45,219 nt of DNA, from contig JAEYNI010000329.1 of assembly GCA_023412635.1 (NCBI GenBank), positions 1-45,219 of the forward strand, read 5' to 3'. The position numbers and the translations under genes are program-made. Shown here one piece after another: positions 19,670 through 27,279 of this stretch. The DNA comes from Bacillota bacterium (lineage in GTDB: Bacteria > Bacillota > Clostridia > Acetivibrionales > DSM-1351). The stretch's first letter is position 1. Every line of letters begins with the position of its first letter. The notes below the pieces were generated by a model. That model made no database searches. It was not told the DNA's origin and was given only the letters and a program-made list of their open reading frames with translations.

Positions 19670-20632
19670 TTAATTTTTTACTGGATTTATTTCTTTTATC
19701 TCATTCATTACTTCATCGGTCGGGTTTTGCGGCTTCACATCCTCAACCTGCACTTTAGGAATGTCTGGTAAGGGACTTTTATCTGCTGAAAATACATCAT
19801 CTACCGATTTGTCATTTTTAGGAGCTGTCAATTCTTGAGTACTGCTAAAGTTGTCTTTCTGAAGAATTTGAATAGACATCTCTTCTATTTTTTCAAGAGT
19901 TATAACCTTCAGCTCAGATAAAATTAACTTCTTTTCATCCTTTTTCTTTAAATATGATTTTTTATCACTTATGTATTCATTAAGATCAATCCCAAGCTGA
20001 ATTGAATACAAATATTCATCAAATACTTGCTCATAACTGCCAAATTCTGATTTCAACTTCAGCATAAAATATATAGTTTTTTGAATATCTATTTTTTCAG
20101 TCAATTCCCTATAGCTTGTTAAATCTTCATCATTACTAAAATTATTTCCTATTGAAGTACTTGATACGTTAACATCATCTTCATGATTACCTCCGGCTGA
20201 TGCAATATCCTGAAGCTTTAACATAACTCTCTCTACAAGAATCTTGGTATCGATAATTTCCTGATCTGTAAATCCTTCTTTTTTTAGTTGCTGAATAAAA
20301 TCTTCATCAACCCCGTTATTTAACAAAGTACTATCTCTATCATTTTTTGAACCGGTATCACTCAAGTGAGAAGTTGTTCTCAATATGTTGAGTACTTCAT
20401 TCCAAGTACGACCCGGGGTTTTATAGCGGAAGACTTCTTCGATACTAAATCCGGTCTCATTTGAAATCTCAGATGCTATCCTTTTATCCTCACTGCTTGC
20501 ATTCTCATAAGTATTTGAATTTGACTTCAAATTATCTATCCCCAAAATAGTCAATGGGACAGATGTTGTAATTAATACAAGAGCTAATATAAGTGCCAAA
20601 ATTTTATATTTTTTAGAAATTACTTTTGCCAT
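19670..20632 (-). CDS. Exported or membrane-anchored helical hypothetical protein
   Basis: AGGAG RBS; N-terminal hydrophobic segment; GRTWNEV motif; Pro-rich C-terminal tail. Confidence 0.8.
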   Translation of the reverse strand: MAKVISKKYKILALILALVLITTSVPLTILGIDNLKSNSNTYENASSEDKRIASEISNETGFSIEEVFRYKTPGRTWNEVLNILRTTSHLSDTGSKNDRDSTLLNNGVDEDFIQQLKKEGFTDQEIIDTKILVERVMLKLQDIASAGGNHEDDVNVSSTSIGNNFSNDEDLTSYRELTEKIDIQKTIYFMLKLKSEFGSYEQVFDEYLYSIQLGIDLNEYISDKKSYLKKKDEKKLILSELKVITLEKIEEMSIQILQKDNFSSTQELTAPKNDKSVDDVFSADKSPLPDIPKVQVEDVKPQNPTDEVMNEIKEINPVKN

Positions 20633-20671
20633 ATCTATCGCTCCTCTGTTTAATAACTAATATTATCCGGT

Positions 20672-23600
20672 CTATTCAATGGTATAATTTATGCTTGCTT
20701 TTCCATCTGTTTTAGCTCTAAATACTATAGTCGATATTTCACCTGACCATGTAGTACCGGTTTTGATGCTTTCATTTACCTTGAACTCAATTCTGCTTTC
20801 AGTTGCCTTAACTGTTATATTTGTTCCTGTTATGCTTCCTGTAGCTACCTCTTTTTCTGTGGTAAACTCACACAAATCAACTACTTCAAGTTGGTCAGAG
20901 TTATAAGATACTACGAATGTAATCTCCCCGAAATCCTGTACATTTGCTGCCAGTAAGGAGAAGTTAAATTCATCACCTTTTAAACAGACAACCTCATAAG
21001 CAGGGCTTGTAGTACTCTTGGTTATTGAATCACTCCAAGCTGTTACTCCCGTTATATTCTTACCTCTAACTCTGTAGGTATGTGCGGTTCCGGGGGTGAG
21101 GTTTTCATCTATGTAGCTTGATGTCTGTCCAACCTCCACTGTTTTTCCGTCTACTTCCACTTCATAGCTTATACCCTCTACTTTTGTCCAACTAAGATAT
21201 ATTTGTCTATCATATACCGTCACTTTTAAATCTTTAGGTGCATCTGGTAAATCAGGTAAGGTTGATAGTGTAAGGACTGCGCACCATTGTCCGTTTCCAT
21301 TTGCATTTTTTGATCTCACTTTGTAGGTATGCGGGGTCTCTGCCTTAAGTCCTGTATGATAATATACAGTTTCTTTTCCGTTGTCTATTATTACCCCATC
21401 TACCTCTATATCATATTGTGCATTGGCCTCTACAGCTTGCCATGCAATTGTTATTGTTTTGTTTGTAACTACGGCTGCTATATTTGCAATTATTGCAGAC
21501 CCTGTAGTGATTCCTGTTTCTTCCTGTGGCAGAGTCGATATTGCGACGGGACTGCTCCACTGACTATTTCCGCTTATATTGATTGCCCTAACTCTATATG
21601 AGTGGTTAGTTCCCTGAGTAAGGTTTTGATTTGTATATGAGGTACCTTTTAAATTCACAATGTTCTTTTCATCTATCTGTATATCATAGCATTCTGCGTA
21701 GGGTGAGCTGTACCAGGTCAGTGTTACAGAGTTTTGCTCTGCTGTTGCCATAATGTTGGTTGGTATAGCCGGTATATCCGGCCATGTTGTTACTGTAACA
21801 GGCTCGCTCCACAGACTTTTACCACCCTTGTTATATGCTCTTATTCTGTACTTATAGCTTGTGTTTGATGTTAATCCTTCATGTATGTAGGTATTTGTTT
21901 TTACATCAATTCTTTTTCCGTCTATCTCTAGCTCATAACCCTCTGCTCTTTCAGCAGCATTCCATGTCAGCGTTATATTCTTCATTGTTGGTTTTCCGGC
22001 AAGGTTTTCCGGAATTTCAGGAGGGTTCGGAAGTGTACTTATTTCCGTATATACGCTCCATTCACTATTTCCTCCGGCATTTTTTGACCTTACTCTGTAT
22101 TTATGGCTTGAATCAGGCTCCAAACCATCATCTGTGTATGCAGTATTTATACCTGTGTCAATTATTTTGCCATCTGCCTCTATTTCATAACCGGTTGCTT
22201 TAGCTACTGCATCCCAGTTAATTGTTATGGCGGACTGTGTTGTGCTTGTCCCGGTTATTACGGGTGTTTCAGGTGGGTTTGGCAGAGTAGTGGCCTGTTC
22301 CACATTACCCCATGGTCCTGTTCCTCCTGCATTTCTTACTCTGACTTTGTAGGTATGAGTTGTTTCAGGCTGCAGGTTATTGTGAATAAATGTAGGAGTT
22401 GTTCCAGTGGAATATTCTACTCCGTCTGCTGATATAATATAGCCGATAGCTCCACTTACAGGCTTCCATGAGGCAATAATCTGTTTTATGCCCTTTGTCA
22501 ACTCAATTGTCGGCCCTAGTGCTTTTGTCGTAACCTGTATTTGGTTAGAAAGAGCTGTTGAAACTCCATCTTTTCCCTTTGCAATTGCTGTAAATTTATA
22601 AGTGGTATTGGGAATTAATCCCTTTACTGTGATTCTCTTATTCGTAAGCGTTATCCATGCTGGTGTTGATATCAGTTCTCCACTGGAATTGACATATTTT
22701 GAACCGCACATAAGCTGGTATTGTACTGTTGAAGGATTTTGATCGCTAATTTGTATATCTACAGAATCAGTATTAATCAATTCCTCAATTATACTAAGTC
22801 GCGGGACTTGAGCCTTTGTACGAACTGTCCGATTAACAGCAGCTATGTTAGAATACTTGTCCATAGCTTCAAATTTGATGTTGTAATCCGTGTCAGGGGA
22901 TAACTGACTAAATGTCTTTGATTTATCAGATACCCAGCCTGTACTGGTACTTCCAACTGTATACCTGTACAGTATGGAGTTTGCATCTGTCGTATCATCT
23001 GTTGCTGATCCAGTAATTGTGATACTTGTGTCATCTGATGTGCAATCTATATCATTATCCAATATAACTGGCGGAGATTTATCTATATATGCTCGCACTG
23101 TTGTACTTACCGGTGTGGAATTATCACCATCATAAACCTCGAATTTAAAGGTATGATAACCGTTTGTCAATGCTTTTGTATCAAGCGCACTAAAAGGTAC
23201 ATACTGGGAAGTTTCTGTATTTGACGCATCTCTTGATTCCTGGAAAACTGAATCAATATAATATTTACAGGTGAGTTTATCTCCATTAGCATCTGACACG
23301 GTCATAGAAGGAATATATGTTTCAGTGCCAGATATTATATCATTTTCTTTTGGTAAAGTGGCATTTATGACAGGTGGATAACTATATTCAACGTAGTATG
23401 GTTGCGTATATTCAGGCAAGTAATCAAATGCATTACCTGAATAGTGATAATCATCAGGCTCCTCACAAGATCTGAAACCAAACCATAAAGAAAAAGAAAA
23501 ATCATTGTCATCGGCCCAATCTTCTATATATCTATCTATTTCATATTTTACATAATAACTACATGCGCCATCACTATTATTTATGCGTTTAGGTTCATCT

Positions 23601-23980
23601 GTAATATATCCACCTATCATCTCATTGTTCATATATACATAAACTACAAGGTCCGTAATATAATTATATTTATATGCTCCAGGCAGATCACAATTAAATT
23701 TAATAGATTGTGTGACAAAGTCACCTTCAATTTTTATATCCCCACTTACATCGAAAGTTGCATTTATATATCCATCAAAATCATATCCATCATTACGTAC
23801 TTTTGATAATTTAATTTTTCGATTAAAATTAAAAGGATTTTCTTTTGATGAAGCCTCAACCCTCTGTCCAAACTCAATTTTTGGAACACTGTTCAAGCTT
23901 TCAAAATCTAGGTAGTAATTTATAAATAAGCATAATGTCAATATAAAAGTAATAAATTTTATTAATCGTTTCTTTCCCAT
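20672..23980 (-). CDS. Secreted fibronectin type III repeat protein with C-terminal cohesin-like domain
   Basis: N-terminal signal/anchor; Tyr/Asp-rich unique N-domain; 6 clear FN3 units (W..V..A.GY.IE.DG...L.P.T.H.Y.VR..N..G...WS) plus ~2 divergent ones; C-terminal beta domain FVVSYNSDQLEV...SGEISTIVFRAK. Confidence 0.88.
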   Translation of the reverse strand: MGKKRLIKFITFILTLCLFINYYLDFESLNSVPKIEFGQRVEASSKENPFNFNRKIKLSKVRNDGYDFDGYINATFDVSGDIKIEGDFVTQSIKFNCDLPGAYKYNYITDLVVYVYMNNEMIGGYITDEPKRINNSDGACSYYVKYEIDRYIEDWADDNDFSFSLWFGFRSCEEPDDYHYSGNAFDYLPEYTQPYYVEYSYPPVINATLPKENDIISGTETYIPSMTVSDANGDKLTCKYYIDSVFQESRDASNTETSQYVPFSALDTKALTNGYHTFKFEVYDGDNSTPVSTTVRAYIDKSPPVILDNDIDCTSDDTSITITGSATDDTTDANSILYRYTVGSTSTGWVSDKSKTFSQLSPDTDYNIKFEAMDKYSNIAAVNRTVRTKAQVPRLSIIEELINTDSVDIQISDQNPSTVQYQLMCGSKYVNSSGELISTPAWITLTNKRITVKGLIPNTTYKFTAIAKGKDGVSTALSNQIQVTTKALGPTIELTKGIKQIIASWKPVSGAIGYIISADGVEYSTGTTPTFIHNNLQPETTHTYKVRVRNAGGTGPWGNVEQATTLPNPPETPVITGTSTTQSAITINWDAVAKATGYEIEADGKIIDTGINTAYTDDGLEPDSSHKYRVRSKNAGGNSEWSVYTEISTLPNPPEIPENLAGKPTMKNITLTWNAAERAEGYELEIDGKRIDVKTNTYIHEGLTSNTSYKYRIRAYNKGGKSLWSEPVTVTTWPDIPAIPTNIMATAEQNSVTLTWYSSPYAECYDIQIDEKNIVNLKGTSYTNQNLTQGTNHSYRVRAINISGNSQWSSPVAISTLPQEETGITTGSAIIANIAAVVTNKTITIAWQAVEANAQYDIEVDGVIIDNGKETVYYHTGLKAETPHTYKVRSKNANGNGQWCAVLTLSTLPDLPDAPKDLKVTVYDRQIYLSWTKVEGISYEVEVDGKTVEVGQTSSYIDENLTPGTAHTYRVRGKNITGVTAWSDSITKSTTSPAYEVVCLKGDEFNFSLLAANVQDFGEITFVVSYNSDQLEVVDLCEFTTEKEVATGSITGTNITVKATESRIEFKVNESIKTGTTWSGEISTIVFRAKTDGKASINYTIE

Positions 23981-24023
23981 AACCCCTCCAGATAAATGAT
24001 ATTTATATGGCTACCCATTCTGC

Positions 24024-27000
24024 TTACTCCACCGTATACGACATAGTTGTTTCTTTATTTGTTTTGGACAGGAACCTGATAATAACTATTTCTCCCTTAT
24101 CCGCATCCTCTACACCAAAAACAATCTTACCTTGAGAAAATTCTTTAATAGTTATGTTTGTATCCACAATTTTTCCAACTTCCAGCTCTAACTTTTGTGT
24201 AACTGCGTAGAGGTCAATTACATCAAGATCTTCAGTATTAAACTTAACAACAATGTCATAGCTGCTTACATCTTTTTTGGGCACTGCTATTACAAAATTA
24301 AATCCTGTATCCTTGTCCACCTTAATAACAAGCTCTTCCTTGGTGTTGACCCTAACAAGCTCAGTCCATTCGCTGTAAATACCATCCTGACTAACAGCCC
24401 TTACCCTATATTCATGTACGGTGTTGGGTTCTAATCCATTAATCTTATAGGTTAATTCTGTTATGTTGCTAATAATCTCTCCATCTACCTCGATTTCAAA
24501 GCTTATTGCTCCATAAGTTGTTGTTTCACCAAGTATCACTTCTTGAGGCGCTGTTTGCCATGTCAGTATTGCTTCATTGATAGTTACCTCAACCTTGAAA
24601 TTAATTGGAGCATTTGGGCCTGTTGTTTTTATTAGCTCAGCACTCCAATCACCTACACCATTTGAATTTTTAGCCCTGATATAGTAACTATGCTGTGTAT
24701 TGGTAAGAAGCCCAGTATGCTCGTACAGTGTTTTGGAGTTGGTGCTTATTATATTGCCGTCCACCATAATTTCATAGCTTTCAGCACCATCGACCTCATC
24801 CCAGGTTACTGTTATTGATTTGCTCTTTACTAGCGCAGCTATTCCGGTAGGTACTGCCACATTGGTAAAAGCAGATATTTTATCTGTCCACTCACCTATA
24901 TTTTCGTTATCCTTTGCTCTAACCATATAAGTGTGCATGCTATTGGGGGTGAGTTCTGTATGGCTGTATGAATTTGTTAATATATCCTCAACTATTTTTC
25001 CATCTACCATTAAGTCGTAGGCTGTTGCGCCCTCAACTTCATCCCAGCAAATATTTATAGAGATACTGCTGGTGGTTGTAATTTCAACCTTATACAGTTT
25101 ACCTATTTTCGTTGTTTTTATAACGGTTTCGCTCCACTCTCCTGTTTCACTGCCCTTATATGCTCTAATCCTATAACTATGTTTGACACCAAAATCATTT
25201 ACAGTTTGAGTGTATTCGGTATTTGCATCCAATCTGATTTCTGAACCGTCTATTTCAAGGCCATATCCGTCGGCACCGACTACCATATCCCATTCAACTT
25301 TTACTTCATTTCCACTAATTGAAACCTTTAAATTTGCAGGTGCAGGAAGTAGGGTTGACTTCCTTACTTCATTAGCCCATTCACCATTAATATTTCCATT
25401 TTTAGCTCTTACTCTGTAGATATGTTCCTCGTTACTTCCCAGGTTGTTATGAATAAATTCCGTTTTGTTATCGTTATAAATCACTACCCCGTCCACTTCT
25501 ATATCATAACCGGTAGCTCCCTCAACACTGTTCCAGCTTAAGGATATTGTATTACCTGAAACTTCTGATACTATAAAGTTTGCAGGTATGGAAGGCAACG
25601 TAACTCCTGTCACCAACTCACTCCATTCACCTGTTCCATTTTCATTCTTTGGTCTGGCTCTATAAGTATGGGTAGTATTTGGTTTCAAATCAGAATGAAC
25701 ATATTCATTCTTTTCTATCTCTATAACCTGTGAACCATCAATTTCTAAATCATAGGACTTTGCTCCTGCCTGTGCATCCCAGGTTACCTTTATTTCATTA
25801 TCTTTTGCTTGTATTTGCATATTTAATGAGGAGTCGGGCAGCGTTGTTTCGAAAACCAATTCACTCCATTGACCTGCTCCACTTGGATTCTTGGCACGAA
25901 CACGATATGTACGCTGAGAATTGGGCTGCAGATCATATTGGGTATATGTATTATTTCCCAAAGTGTCTTCAGGGAAACCATACACCTCAACATCATAGCC
26001 TGTTGCTCCCTTAACAGGATCCCAGCTCAGAGAAATAGTAGATTTTGTTGATGCGGTTGTAATTGTCCCAGGAGCATCAGGTAATGTCCAAATTTCATAC
26101 ACTTCTGACCATTCCCCCAGCAAGGCGTCGCCTTGCGCCTGGATTCTGATTGACTTCTTAGTACCTGACTCAAGGTTATCCAGTGTATAGGAGGTTTGCT
26201 GCCCATTATCTATTACTTCACCGTCAATTTCAATAGAATATTTTTTAGCTCCATCAATTTTATCCCATGAAAAAGAAATAGTATTTTCAGAAGTCTTTTG
26301 AACAATATTAAACTTATCGCTTATAGGTACTATTCCTGTAATATAATCACTCCAGGGACCTTCTATAATGGCATTTTTAAGCCTTACTCTGTATTGATGC
26401 TTTGTTCCCGGTATCAGATTTGAATTTGTGTAGGTATTTGAACTTAAATTTCTTACCAGTACTCCATCTGCCTCAACTTCGTAGCCAGTGCCGTTAATTG
26501 ATTCATCCCAGTCAAGTGTGATTTGCTTTGCTGCTTCTGTAACCTTTATATTCTGAGGTATACCAATAGGTTCTACACCGTAAACTAACTTGTCATTGAC
26601 ATATCCAGTCACCCGGTTGTATTCTGCATAATTATCACCTGAAGGTTTGAAGGAATAGTCATCAGTTTGGATGAAGGGTGTATTATCCTTTTTTTCAATC
26701 CTGCACTGAAGTTCCACAGCATCATATTGGTTCAGAAGTCCGGCGCTTTCTTTAAAGGTTATCTCAAGACAATAATCTACTCCCTCTGTCTTTGCCGGAA
26801 TTTTAACAAACCTTCCAACCACATTTCCATTTCCGATGTTGGAATAGTCACACCAGAAATTCTGTTCACTATCCCCATTTATTGTGTAGTAGTACCTTAT
26901 TTTTATGTTTGATAACTTTACAGGGGTATTCCCATTATTATACAATTTGTATCTTGGGAATAGAGTGTTTATATTGGTGGATTTATTTGCACTGTATGTC

Positions 27001-27227
27001 TCCAGCTTTATTGACTCAATTATCTTGCTTCCCTGTTTTGTTCTCACAGACTTTATTTTTTGATAACCGTTACTATTATTGTCCTTTGAATTAACAGGAT
27101 AGGAATTTGAAGTTTCTGTATCATCAGCAGCAACTATTCCTATAGAGACAGTTTGAAACAACAATATTAAGCTTAAAAATATGGCCAGTTTATTAAATAA
27201 CAGCTTTTTATATAACAGCTTTCTCAC
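24024..27227 (-). CDS. Secreted CBM3 + 9x FN3 + cohesin-like protein
   Basis: Start moved to GTG 27227 (GGAGG 8 nt upstream); signal peptide; CBM3 motifs N.GNTPVKLSNIKIRYYYT, FWCDY, DYCLEITF, QTDDYSF, LVYGVEP; nine FN3 units counted by the strand-B Trp. Confidence 0.9.
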   Translation of the reverse strand: MRKLLYKKLLFNKLAIFLSLILLFQTVSIGIVAADDTETSNSYPVNSKDNNSNGYQKIKSVRTKQGSKIIESIKLETYSANKSTNINTLFPRYKLYNNGNTPVKLSNIKIRYYYTINGDSEQNFWCDYSNIGNGNVVGRFVKIPAKTEGVDYCLEITFKESAGLLNQYDAVELQCRIEKKDNTPFIQTDDYSFKPSGDNYAEYNRVTGYVNDKLVYGVEPIGIPQNIKVTEAAKQITLDWDESINGTGYEVEADGVLVRNLSSNTYTNSNLIPGTKHQYRVRLKNAIIEGPWSDYITGIVPISDKFNIVQKTSENTISFSWDKIDGAKKYSIEIDGEVIDNGQQTSYTLDNLESGTKKSIRIQAQGDALLGEWSEVYEIWTLPDAPGTITTASTKSTISLSWDPVKGATGYDVEVYGFPEDTLGNNTYTQYDLQPNSQRTYRVRAKNPSGAGQWSELVFETTLPDSSLNMQIQAKDNEIKVTWDAQAGAKSYDLEIDGSQVIEIEKNEYVHSDLKPNTTHTYRARPKNENGTGEWSELVTGVTLPSIPANFIVSEVSGNTISLSWNSVEGATGYDIEVDGVVIYNDNKTEFIHNNLGSNEEHIYRVRAKNGNINGEWANEVRKSTLLPAPANLKVSISGNEVKVEWDMVVGADGYGLEIDGSEIRLDANTEYTQTVNDFGVKHSYRIRAYKGSETGEWSETVIKTTKIGKLYKVEITTTSSISINICWDEVEGATAYDLMVDGKIVEDILTNSYSHTELTPNSMHTYMVRAKDNENIGEWTDKISAFTNVAVPTGIAALVKSKSITVTWDEVDGAESYEIMVDGNIISTNSKTLYEHTGLLTNTQHSYYIRAKNSNGVGDWSAELIKTTGPNAPINFKVEVTINEAILTWQTAPQEVILGETTTYGAISFEIEVDGEIISNITELTYKINGLEPNTVHEYRVRAVSQDGIYSEWTELVRVNTKEELVIKVDKDTGFNFVIAVPKKDVSSYDIVVKFNTEDLDVIDLYAVTQKLELEVGKIVDTNITIKEFSQGKIVFGVEDADKGEIVIIRFLSKTNKETTMSYTVE

Positions 27228-27279
27228 AGGCTTATCCTCCACTAATCGCTATTTTAAAGTCAATTTCGTTAACATTGAG

